From: Vicinamibacterales bacterium
GTDB taxonomy: Bacteria; Acidobacteriota; Vicinamibacteria; Vicinamibacterales; UBA2999
Direction: 5' to 3'
NCBI GenBank assembly: GCA_050249615.1
Contig: JBFWQE010000003.1
Span: forward strand, 34,622-98,621
Length of the DNA: 64,000 nucleotides
The translations under genes and the position numbers were made by a program. Below the pieces are notes generated by a model that had not been told where the DNA came from, ran no database searches, and was given only the letters and a program-made list of their open reading frames with translations. How positions within the stretch are numbered: position 1 is the first letter of the stretch; every line of letters starts with the position of its first letter. Shown piece after piece: positions 9,401 through 17,710 of the stretch.

Positions 9401-9450
9401 CCCAAGACCCCAAGACCCCAAGACAACAGGACCTCAGGGCCTCGAGACCC
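9401..9450. repeat. Tandem 8-nt array CCCAAGAC x3 plus degenerate units, upstream of the methyltransferase gene
   Basis: cccaagac cccaagac cccaagac aacaggac ctcagggc ctcgagaccc. Same unit and orientation as the array at 8682..8724. Confidence 0.85.
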
Positions 9451-9453
9451 CTC

Positions 9454-11898
9454 CTACTCCGACCGGAGCGCAATGGCCGGGTCCACGCCAGCGGCTTGGC
9501 GTGCCGGCAGCCACGTGGCCAGCAACGTGACACCCGCCAGGATCAGCGCGACGGACGCGTAGGTGAGCGGGTCGAACGGACTGACGCCGAACAGCAGCGA
9601 CCCGAGGAATCGGGTGACCGCCAGCGCGACGCCCAGTCCAAACAACACGCCAAGGCCGGCCAGCTGCAGCCCGCGCCGGACGAACATTCGCTGCACCTCG
9701 GTGCCGCCTGCGCCGAGCGCCATGCGGATGCCGACCTCGCGGCGACGCTGGGTCACGATGTAGGCGATGACGCCGTAGAGGCCCACCACCCCCAGCAGCA
9801 GCGTCACGCCCCCGGCGATGGCGATGATCACGAGCGCGAACGACGTCTCGGCCATGGACTCGTCGTAGATCGCGGCCATGGTGCGCGGGCGCGCCAGCGG
9901 CAGGTTCGGGTTGACACTCCAGACGGCCTGCTGCACGTCGTTGATGAAGCCCGCGGTGCGGACGCGCGGCGTGCGAATCGCGTAGCTCATCCACCGCTGG
10001 ACGAACGTCTCCTGGTCCCAGTAGTCCTTCATCGACATCGGCCAGTAGACCGTCGAGACCTCACCCCGCGTGACGCCGTCGTCCCGGACGTCGGCGACGA
10101 CGCCCACGACCTCGCGCCACGGGTTCTTGGGGCTGTTGCGGATGCGTCGGCCGAGTGCGGCCGCGGCACTGCCGAAGTACTCGCGCGCGAGGGAGTCGCT
10201 GATGACGACGACCGGTTGCAGGTTGTGCAGGTCGTCCCAGGTGAAGTCGCGCCCTGCGACGAGGGGCGTTCCGACGGTACCGAAGAAATTGGGTGTCACC
10301 CACTTGTAGCGCCGGATGGGCGGCATTTGCCCTTCCGGGCCGGGCTTGTCCTCCACCCAGACGGGGTCGTTGCTGTTCAGGCCGTCCATCGGCATCGATG
10401 ACGCGAGGCCCACCGAGGTGACGCCCGCGATGGCCTCGATGCGCCGGAGGATCTGCTCGTGCGTCGCCGCTGCCTGCAGCGGATCCTCGACGACTGTCTC
10501 GGGAATCGCGATCCGCATCGTGAAGATCTCGTCCTGGCCCCTGAAGCCGGGGTCCACGTCTCGCATCGCCACGAACGTGCGGATCATGAGACCCGAGCCG
10601 ACGAGCAGCACCAGTGCCAGGGCCACCTGCGCGACGACGAGCGCGTGACGCGCGCGATGCCGCTGTCGTCCGTCGCTCGAGCCGCGCCCGCCCTCCTTGA
10701 GGGTGGTGCTCACCTGCGGGTTGGCATACTTCACGACGGGGATGAGCCCGAAGAGCAGCGCGGCCAACAGCGAGGCGACGAGCACGAACGCCATCACGAT
10801 CGGATCCAGAGCGATCTCGTCGAGGCGAGGGAGTTGCGAGGGGTTGAGGGCGAGGAGCGTCCGAATTCCCCCCGCCGCCAGGGCGAGGCCGAGCATGCCC
10901 GCCGCCAGGCTCAGCATGAACGCCTCGGCCAGGAGCTCCCCGATGACCTGACCGCGGCTGGCGCCGAGTGCCGAGCGGATGGCGAGCTCCTGCTGCCGGC
11001 CTTCGGCCCGCACCAGGAACAGGTTCGCGATGTTGGCGCAGGCGACGAGCAGCACGATGGCCACCGCACCCAGCAGCACCCAGAGGATGCGGCCGATGTC
11101 GCCGACGACGTCGCGCGCGAGCGGCCGGAGGTTTGGCGCAAGCCTCACCTTCTCGAGCATTTCGCGGCTGAATCCGGGCGGCAGCGCGAAACGATCCGGA
11201 AGCGTTGGAATGAGGCGGGCAATGTCCGCGCTGGCCTGCGCCATGGTCGTGCCAGGCTTGAGCCTCGCCAGCCCGAAATAGCTGAAGTTGCCGACGAAGA
11301 CTTCGGCTCGATTCAGGCGGAAGGGCAGCACGAGGGCGGGGCGCTCGCGGAGGAACCGGAAGCTCGCCGGCAGCACGCCAATCACCTGCGTCGGCGTGCC
11401 GTCGATAACGAGCGACTGCCCGAGCGCGCCAGGGCTGCCGCCGAACACCCGCTGCCAGTATTCGTGGCTGAGCACTACCGATGGGGCGCTGCCCGGCGCA
11501 TCGTCCTCCGGGGTGAAGATACGGCCCAGGGCGGGCCGGATGCCGAGGAGCGGCAGCGTGCCCTCGGTGACTCGCAGGGTGTCCACGCGCTCCGGCTCTC
11601 CGTGCCCGGTGACCGAGGCGGCTTCGTCGCGCCACATGCCGATGTCCTGGAAGACACGCTCGTCGCGGTACGCCAGATACGTGGCCGGTGACATGTTCAG
11701 GTCGCCCGCCATCACGCCGGGGGCGAAGTGCCACACGGCGACGAGCTGTTCGGGGCTGGCAAACGGCAGCGGCTTCAGCAGCACACCGTTGACCACGCTG
11801 AAGATGAGGGCGTTGGCGCCAATCGCCACCCCCAGTGTCACGAGAGCGGTGAGGCTGAAGACCGGACTGGCCAGCAGGCGTCGGAGGGCGTGTTTCAC
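9454..11898 (-). CDS. ADOP-type duplicated FtsX/MacB-like ABC transporter permease
   Basis: 814 aa. The N-terminus MKHALRRLLASPVFSLTALVTLGVAIGANALIFSVVNGVLLKPLPF and two FtsX-like TM bundles, each preceded by a large periplasmic domain, match the layout of the acidobacterial duplicated orphan permease family. Confidence 0.85.
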   Translation of the reverse strand: MKHALRRLLASPVFSLTALVTLGVAIGANALIFSVVNGVLLKPLPFASPEQLVAVWHFAPGVMAGDLNMSPATYLAYRDERVFQDIGMWRDEAASVTGHGEPERVDTLRVTEGTLPLLGIRPALGRIFTPEDDAPGSAPSVVLSHEYWQRVFGGSPGALGQSLVIDGTPTQVIGVLPASFRFLRERPALVLPFRLNRAEVFVGNFSYFGLARLKPGTTMAQASADIARLIPTLPDRFALPPGFSREMLEKVRLAPNLRPLARDVVGDIGRILWVLLGAVAIVLLVACANIANLFLVRAEGRQQELAIRSALGASRGQVIGELLAEAFMLSLAAGMLGLALAAGGIRTLLALNPSQLPRLDEIALDPIVMAFVLVASLLAALLFGLIPVVKYANPQVSTTLKEGGRGSSDGRQRHRARHALVVAQVALALVLLVGSGLMIRTFVAMRDVDPGFRGQDEIFTMRIAIPETVVEDPLQAAATHEQILRRIEAIAGVTSVGLASSMPMDGLNSNDPVWVEDKPGPEGQMPPIRRYKWVTPNFFGTVGTPLVAGRDFTWDDLHNLQPVVVISDSLAREYFGSAAAALGRRIRNSPKNPWREVVGVVADVRDDGVTRGEVSTVYWPMSMKDYWDQETFVQRWMSYAIRTPRVRTAGFINDVQQAVWSVNPNLPLARPRTMAAIYDESMAETSFALVIIAIAGGVTLLLGVVGLYGVIAYIVTQRRREVGIRMALGAGGTEVQRMFVRRGLQLAGLGVLFGLGVALAVTRFLGSLLFGVSPFDPLTYASVALILAGVTLLATWLPARQAAGVDPAIALRSE

Positions 11899-11969
11899 GT
11901 AGCCGTAGACGACCGGCCGCCCGGGGAAGTTCGCCCGGCCCCGGTGCGCCGGAGGTAGACTGTCCGGAT

Positions 11970-13487
11970 ATGCTGCCGCACTTCTTCGATTCCGTCCTTC
12001 AGCTCGTCGTCAAGACGTCCACCGACCTGCCGCCGGACGTGCGGGCGGCGGTCAAGGGCGCCATGGGCCAGGAAGAAGCCGGCTCCCGGTCGGCGCAGGC
12101 CCTGACGATTGTCGCCCAGAACATCGACCAGGCCGCCGAGGGTGAAGGAGCCATCTGCCAGGACACCGGCATGCCCACCTTCGAAATCAAGACACCCGTC
12201 GGCGCCAACCAGATCTGGATGAAGCAGCAGATCAAGTCGGCTGTGGCGGAGGCGACGAAGCGCGGCAAGCTCCGGCCCAACTCGGTGGACTCGCTCACCG
12301 GCGAGAACTCCGGGAACAACCTCGGGCCCGGCATGCCCATCCTGCACTTCGAGCAGTGGGAGCGCGACGAGGTGGAGGTGAAGCTTGTTCTGAAGGGTGG
12401 GGGCTGCGAGAACATGAACATCCAGTACTCGCTGCCGACGGAGCTGCCCCACCTCGGACGCGCGGACCGCACACTCGAAGGCGTGCGCAAGTGCATCCTG
12501 CACGCCGTCTGGCAGGCCCAGGGCAAGGGGTGCGGCCCTGGCGCGATCGGGGTGTGCATCGGCGGGGACCGCACCAGCGGCTACGTCGAGGCCAAGCAGC
12601 AGCTGTTCCGCACGCTCGACGACGTCAATCCCGACGAGCGACTGGCCGGGCTCGAGGCCGAGATCATGCGCACGGTGAACACGCTGGGCGTGGGCACGAT
12701 GGGCTTCGGCGGGCGCACATCGCTCATCGGCTGCAAGGTGGGGGTCCTCAATCGCCTGCCGGCCAGCTTCTTCGTGTCGGTGGCGTACGACTGCTGGGCG
12801 TTCCGCCGCCTGGGCGTCACGCTCGACCCCCAGACCGGCGCCATCAAGCGATGGCTCTATCGCGACCCGTCGGTGCCGACGGTCCCGATGATGGACCAGG
12901 CGGGCTTCCAGCGCACGGGCCGCGAAGTCGTGCTGCGCGCGCCGCTGGACGAGGCCACGGTGCGCTCGCTGAAGGTGGGCGACGTCGTCATCATCAGCGG
13001 TCCTGCCTACACGGGCCGCGATGCCGTCCACCACCACCTGATGAGCCACGAGCCGCCGGTGGACCTGCGTGGCTCGGTCCTCTACCACTGTGGTCCGGTG
13101 GTGACGAAGAACGAGGACGGTTCGTGGACGGTCACGGCCGCCGGCCCGACCACGAGCATCCGCGAAGAGCCCTACCAGGCCGACATCATCGGGCGGTATG
13201 GCATTCGAGCCGTGGTGGGCAAGGGAGGAATGGGGGCGAAGACCCTGGCCGGCCTGGAGCAGCACGGAGCGGTTTACCTGAACGCCATCGGCGGCGCGGC
13301 CCAGTTCTACGCCCGCTGCATCGAGCGGGTGGACGGGGTATCGCTGATGGAATTCGGGACACCGGAGGCCATGTGGCACCTCCAGCTCAGGGATTTCCCG
13401 GCGATCGTGACAATGGATTCGCATGGGAACAGCCTCCACAAGGACATCGAGGTCACCTCGGCCGAAAATCTGGCGAAACTGGCCTGA
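11970..13487 (+). CDS. Class I (Fe-S dependent) fumarate hydratase / tartrate dehydratase-type hydrolyase, fused alpha-beta
   Basis: 505 aa. CQDTGMP motif in the N-domain. The C-domain has GPAYTGRDAVHHHL and GKGGMG. Confidence 0.85.
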   Translation: MLPHFFDSVLQLVVKTSTDLPPDVRAAVKGAMGQEEAGSRSAQALTIVAQNIDQAAEGEGAICQDTGMPTFEIKTPVGANQIWMKQQIKSAVAEATKRGKLRPNSVDSLTGENSGNNLGPGMPILHFEQWERDEVEVKLVLKGGGCENMNIQYSLPTELPHLGRADRTLEGVRKCILHAVWQAQGKGCGPGAIGVCIGGDRTSGYVEAKQQLFRTLDDVNPDERLAGLEAEIMRTVNTLGVGTMGFGGRTSLIGCKVGVLNRLPASFFVSVAYDCWAFRRLGVTLDPQTGAIKRWLYRDPSVPTVPMMDQAGFQRTGREVVLRAPLDEATVRSLKVGDVVIISGPAYTGRDAVHHHLMSHEPPVDLRGSVLYHCGPVVTKNEDGSWTVTAAGPTTSIREEPYQADIIGRYGIRAVVGKGGMGAKTLAGLEQHGAVYLNAIGGAAQFYARCIERVDGVSLMEFGTPEAMWHLQLRDFPAIVTMDSHGNSLHKDIEVTSAENLAKLA

Positions 13488-13520
13488 GCGGTGGGACATT
13501 CCATTTGTTAGAATTGAGCC

Positions 13521-13898
13521 ATGCAGACTGAAACCCAGACGACGACTCCCGTGGCTGACGTGCTCCCGGCCTTCATCACGGTGACCGAGGCGGCCGCGAC
13601 GAAGATCAAGGAACTGCTGGCCGAAGAGGGCAAGGCCGAGAGCGGCCTCCGCGTCTTCGTGCAGGGCGGCGGCTGCTCCGGCTTCCAGTACGGGCTGATG
13701 ATCGAGGAGGCCGGCGCCGGCGTGGGCGACCAGTCCTTCGAGTCGAACGGCGTGAAGCTGTTCGTGGACCCGGTCAGCATCAGCTATCTCAAGGGCGCCG
13801 AAGTGGACTTCGTCGACACGATCACCGGCGGGGGCTTCACGATCAAGAACCCCAACGCGACGTCGACCTGCGGTTGCGGGCAGTCGTTCAACGCGTAA
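13521..13898 (+). CDS. erpA: A-type iron-sulfur cluster carrier (IscA/ErpA/HesB family)
   Basis: 125 aa. GGGCSGFQYG and the C-terminal CGCGQSF motif. Confidence 0.85.
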   Translation: MQTETQTTTPVADVLPAFITVTEAAATKIKELLAEEGKAESGLRVFVQGGGCSGFQYGLMIEEAGAGVGDQSFESNGVKLFVDPVSISYLKGAEVDFVDTITGGGFTIKNPNATSTCGCGQSFNA

Positions 13899-13926
13899 CG
13901 GCAGCACACCAGGCAAGGGAGGGAAC

Positions 13927-14907
13927 ATGGCCACAGCGTCGGCCATTCCCGATCTCGATCGTCTCCGGCCGGCTGGCACCAAGCGCTCCAGCAAGCGCGA
14001 CCTCATCGTCAACGTGTTCCTCAGGCAGGAGGGGCACCTGAGCGCTGACGATCTGGTGGCGCTGATCAAGCGCGAGGATCACCGGATCAGCCGCGCCACC
14101 GTCTACCGCACGCTGCAGTGGATGGTGGAGGCGGGCATCGCCCGGAAGGTCGATTTCGGCGAGGGGCGGTTCCGGTTCGAGCACTCGTACCGGCACCCGC
14201 GCCATTTCCACCTCATCTGCAAGACCTGCAATCGCTCGTACGAGTTCCTGAGCTCGGACATCGAGGCGCTGGTGGAAGAGGTGGCGGCGGCCCGCGGCTT
14301 CCAGGCGCGGCAGAGCGTCGTGCAGATCTACGGGACGTGCGAGGCGTGCCGGACCGGCCGGGCGCCTGCGGAGGAAGGGGCGACCTCGGAGCTGCTGTTC
14401 GCGCGCGACGCGCTCCGCATCGCCATCGCCACCGAGCGCAGCGGCCTGGAGTTCTACACCCGCGCGGCGCGCATCACCAGGGACCCGCGCGGCAAGCGCA
14501 TCTTCCACGAGCTGGCCGAGAAGGAGAAGCACCACCTCGGAACGCTCGAGGATCGGTATCGCAAGCTCCTCGAACAGGATCCGCAGCTCGAGTCGCGGCC
14601 GACCTTCCTGTTCTTCAAGGGCGCCGCGAACGGGTTGTTCGCCGCCGGTGCGGATCAGCTGCGCCGGGACGGCGTGGACGATCTCGAGGCGCTTCGCATC
14701 GGCATCCGCTGCGAGCGCGGGTCGCACCGGTTCTTCAAGCGGTACGGCGAGCGCTTCGAGGACTCGGAGGGCAAGCAGATCTTCCTGGAGTTCGCCGAAG
14801 AGGAGCGGCAGCACCTCGAGATGCTGATCCGCGAGTACCGGCTGCTGCAGAAACGCCAGCGGAAGCCCGCCCCGGCACGCCGGCGCGGGGCCGCCCGCAC
14901 GGCGTGA
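13927..14907 (+). CDS. Fur-family regulator fused to a rubrerythrin/ferritin-like di-iron four-helix-bundle domain
   Basis: One uninterrupted 326-aa ORF. The N-terminal ~145 aa have the Fur winged helix (ISRATVYRTLQWMVEAG), HFHLICKTCNRSYEF and CEAC. The C-terminal ~170 aa have two E...ExxH pairs (ATERSGLEFY / ELAEKEKHHL and IRCERGSHRFF / FAEEERQHLE). SD gGAGGGAac lies before the ATG. Confidence 0.75.
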   Translation: MATASAIPDLDRLRPAGTKRSSKRDLIVNVFLRQEGHLSADDLVALIKREDHRISRATVYRTLQWMVEAGIARKVDFGEGRFRFEHSYRHPRHFHLICKTCNRSYEFLSSDIEALVEEVAAARGFQARQSVVQIYGTCEACRTGRAPAEEGATSELLFARDALRIAIATERSGLEFYTRAARITRDPRGKRIFHELAEKEKHHLGTLEDRYRKLLEQDPQLESRPTFLFFKGAANGLFAAGADQLRRDGVDDLEALRIGIRCERGSHRFFKRYGERFEDSEGKQIFLEFAEEERQHLEMLIREYRLLQKRQRKPAPARRRGAARTA

Positions 14908-15746
14908 TCGATCTCCATCTCCACACCACGGCGTCGGACGGGCGTCTGTCGCCGGCCGCGCTGGTGGACCGCGCCTCCCAGGCCGGCCTGACGACGATCG
15001 CCGTCACCGACCACGACACCGTGCAGGCCGTTGACGAAGTGACGCGGCTCGGCGCGCCACTCGGGATCCGGGTCGTGCCGGGCATCGAGATCACCGCGGT
15101 AGACGACGGGCGCGATGTCCACATGCTGGCCTACTTCGTCGACCACACGGACGTGACGCTGAGCGCCTTCCTGGTGGCACAACGCGGGCGGCGCATGGCG
15201 CGGGTGCGCGAGATCGGGGCACGGCTCGCCGCGCAGGCCGTGCCGGTGGACGTCGAGGCGCTCCTCGACGAGGCGCGCGCGACGCCCGGCACGTCGATTG
15301 GCCGGCCCTGGCTGGCGCGGGCCCTGGTGCGAGCCGGGCACGCCGACTCGGTGGCTGACGCGTTCGACCGCTACCTGGGACAGGGGCGGCCCGCATTCGT
15401 GCCGCGGCTCGGGCCCTCGCCCTTCGACGTGGTCGCCCTGATCCACGCCGCCGGCGGCATCGTGTCGTTTGCCCACCCGGGCGTGACCCGACGCGACCAC
15501 CTGCTGCGTCCGCTCGCCGAAGCGGGCCTGGACGCCATCGAAGCGCATCATTCCGATCACTCGCCGGACGTGCGCGATCACTACCGCGCGCTGGCGTCGG
15601 CGCTCGGCGTTGCCACGAGCGGCGGATCCGACTTTCACGGGTTCGGCGACACGCGCGCGGCACTGGGCCTGGTCGTGTTGCCGGATCGAGAGTTCAAGGC
15701 GCTGGAGGCGCGGGTGCCCGCTCGCCCGGCCCGGCCGGTGCCATGA
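14904..15746 (+). CDS. PHP-domain phosphoesterase (TrpH/YciV-like)
   Basis: 3' part of track ORF 14118..15746. GTG at 14904 overlaps the previous stop (GTGA). N-terminus VIDLHLHTTASDG. Confidence 0.8.
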   Translation: MIDLHLHTTASDGRLSPAALVDRASQAGLTTIAVTDHDTVQAVDEVTRLGAPLGIRVVPGIEITAVDDGRDVHMLAYFVDHTDVTLSAFLVAQRGRRMARVREIGARLAAQAVPVDVEALLDEARATPGTSIGRPWLARALVRAGHADSVADAFDRYLGQGRPAFVPRLGPSPFDVVALIHAAGGIVSFAHPGVTRRDHLLRPLAEAGLDAIEAHHSDHSPDVRDHYRALASALGVATSGGSDFHGFGDTRAALGLVVLPDREFKALEARVPARPARPVP

Positions 15747-16465
15747 CGAGACTCCTCGACATCAGCGGGCTGGTGAAGGACTACCAGGGGTTGAGGCCGC
15801 TGCGCCTGCGCGAGCTCACCGTTGAGCCCGGCCGCGTGCTCAGCCTCGCGGGATTCGACGCGCCTGCAGCCGAAATGTTCGTGCACCTGGTCACCGGCGC
15901 GGCCCTGCCGGACGAGGGTGACATCACGTTGTTCGGGACCAACACGAAGCACATCCCGAGTGCCGAGGCGTGGCTGCGATCGCTGGACGGGCTGGGCCTC
16001 GTCAGCCATCGCGCCGTCCTCCTGGACATGCTCACCGTGCTGCAGAACGTGGCGATGCCGCTCACGCTGGAGGTGGATCCGATCGATCCGGCGCTGCGGC
16101 CGGAGGCGGAGGCGCTGGCCCGCGAGGCCGGTATTGCCGAGACGATGTGGAATCGGGCGCTGGGGCAGGCCGACGCCGAGACGAACCTGCGCGTGCGCCT
16201 GGCACGCGCCATCGCGGCACGCCCGGCACTCGTGATTGCGGAGCACCCGTCGGCGACGCTGCCACGGGACGCGGTGGCGCGGGTCGCCTCCGATGTGTCA
16301 CGGATCCTGCGGGCACGCGACGTCGCCCTGCTGACACTCACAGCCGACATGGAGTGGGCAGGCGCGTCTGGAGGCGATCGGCTGACGCTGAACCCCGCCA
16401 CGGGAGGGCTGGCGTCTGGTGGCGGGTTCATGGAACGATTCAAGCGAGCACTTGGAGGGCGTTGA
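15743..16465 (+). CDS. ABC-ATPase-like protein with all nucleotide-binding motifs degenerate
   Basis: 240 aa with an ATGA overlap onto the PHP gene. The fold register resembles LolD/FtsE NBDs, but Walker A is replaced by LAGFDAPAAEMF, the Q-loop by GLVSHR, the signature by ADAETNLR, and Walker B/catalytic Glu by LVIAEHPS. Confidence 0.6.
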   Translation: MTRLLDISGLVKDYQGLRPLRLRELTVEPGRVLSLAGFDAPAAEMFVHLVTGAALPDEGDITLFGTNTKHIPSAEAWLRSLDGLGLVSHRAVLLDMLTVLQNVAMPLTLEVDPIDPALRPEAEALAREAGIAETMWNRALGQADAETNLRVRLARAIAARPALVIAEHPSATLPRDAVARVASDVSRILRARDVALLTLTADMEWAGASGGDRLTLNPATGGLASGGGFMERFKRALGGR

Positions 16466-16466
16466 C

Positions 16467-16676
16467 ATGCCGTGGGGCGAGGTTATCCGCATCGAGTCGA
16501 ACAGAGGGTTCGGGTTCATCCGGGACGACTCCGGCATGGACTGGTTCTTCGTCGCCGAGGACGTGCGCGGGGGCCGGTTCGAGAACATCTGGGTGGGCGA
16601 GCGCGTGGGCTTCAGTGCCGAGGCTACTGCCGGCGGCCCCCGCGCGGCAGATATCCATCACGAACAGCTCGACTGA
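16467..16676 (+). CDS. Cold-shock-domain (CSD) protein
   Basis: Track ORF 16419..16676 trimmed to the ATG at 16467, 1 nt after the previous stop. RNP1-like RGFGFI and an RNP2-like FFV motif. Confidence 0.75.
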   Translation: MPWGEVIRIESNRGFGFIRDDSGMDWFFVAEDVRGGRFENIWVGERVGFSAEATAGGPRAADIHHEQLD

Positions 16677-16687
16677 GTGAGGGTGCC

Positions 16688-16954
16688 CATTGACGATTGC
16701 CGATTGGCGATTGACGATTCATTGGGTGATCGAGTGATTGCGCATTGTTCATTGGATTGGGCGATTGAGTGATTGGGTGATCGAGGGATTCCGCCGTCGT
16801 TGAGCCGCTGGTCGCCGGTCGCCGATCGCCCTCAATGTCCCAGTCCCCGAATGCCCCAATGCCCCAATGCCCCAATGCCCCAATCCGAATGCCCAATGCG
16901 ACAATCGACAATCGCGAGATGAATCGCTCAATCGTCAATCGGCAATCGTCAATG
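16688..16954. repeat. 267-bp imperfect palindrome / MITE-like element made of ATTG (left arm) and CAAT (right arm) short repeats
   Basis: 16688-16706 (cattgacgattgccgattg) is the exact reverse complement of 16936-16954. Identity extends to 35/36 nt (16688-16722 vs 16919-16954; 1 mismatch, 1 indel). Internal direct repeat attgggtgatcgag at 16721 and 16772. (gccccaat)x4 at 16853-16884. The right end contains the ATG of the next gene. Confidence 0.85.
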
Positions 16955-17653
16955 AGCCCGCGGCCGGCGCTCGTGCTCTTCGACATCGACGGCACCCTCC
17001 TCCTGACCGGTCGCGCCGGCGTACGAGCGATGTCGGCAGCCTTCGAAGCGCTGTTCGGCGTGGCCGATGCGTTCGCGGGGATCTCGATGGGCGGCCGCAC
17101 CGATTCGTGGCTGGTGTCCCAGGCCTTCCTCCGGACGGGCGTTCCTGACACGCCCGAGAATCACGCCGGCTTTCGTGATGCCTACGTGCCCCGCCTGGCA
17201 GAGGAGATCCTGCGTCCGGGCACGGGCACCAAGGGCGTGATGCCCGGCGTCCACGCCCTGCTCGACGCCGTGCGATCGCGGCCCGACCTGCACCTCGCGC
17301 TGCTGACCGGGAACTACCGCGACGCGGCGGAGATCAAGCTCGGTCACTTCGCGCTGTGGGACTACTTCGGCTGGGGCGCGTTCTCGGACGACTCGGCGGA
17401 TCGCAACGCGCTGGTTCCGATCGCGCGGGAGAGAGCCGTCGAGCGCGGCGTGCCAGACGCGGCCCGCGCGCGCGTGGTCGTCATCGGGGACACGCCGCAC
17501 GACGTGGCGTGCGCGGCCGTCGCGGGCGCCCGGTCCATCGCGGTGGCAACCGGGGGACACACGCGCGCGGATCTCGTGCAGGCCGGCGCCGACGTCGCCC
17601 TGGATGACCTCTCCGACACCCGGGAGGTTCTTCGTCTGTTGGGCGCGCTCTGA
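16952..17653 (+). CDS. HAD superfamily hydrolase (phosphoglycolate phosphatase-like)
   Basis: Track ORF 16835..17653 trimmed to the ATG at 16952 (MSPRPALVLFDIDGTLLL). The part upstream of that Met is encoded by the repeat element. Confidence 0.8.
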   Translation: MSPRPALVLFDIDGTLLLTGRAGVRAMSAAFEALFGVADAFAGISMGGRTDSWLVSQAFLRTGVPDTPENHAGFRDAYVPRLAEEILRPGTGTKGVMPGVHALLDAVRSRPDLHLALLTGNYRDAAEIKLGHFALWDYFGWGAFSDDSADRNALVPIARERAVERGVPDAARARVVVIGDTPHDVACAAVAGARSIAVATGGHTRADLVQAGADVALDDLSDTREVLRLLGAL

Positions 17654-17695
17654 GCAGGTTCACCTCCCAGGTGGCCCGCGGGAGCGCAGGCGGAC

Positions 17696-17704
17696 TGTTA
17701 TGAT
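17696..17704 (+). promoter_or_regulatory. Possible extended -10 promoter (TGtTATGAT) for tRNA-Sec
   Basis: TATGAT at 17699-17704 is preceded by TGt and ends 6 nt before the first tRNA nucleotide. No convincing -35. Confidence 0.35.
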
Positions 17705-17710
17705 CGAACT

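Noticed and set aside
16835-16951. N-terminal extension of the HAD gene (MSQSPNAPMPQCPNAPIRMPNATIDNREMNRSIVNRQSS) given in the track
   Set aside because: It is encoded entirely by the CAAT-type repeats of the palindromic element and has repeat-derived low complexity. The HAD catalytic motif DIDGT starts 10 residues after the Met at 16952, which is the usual position.
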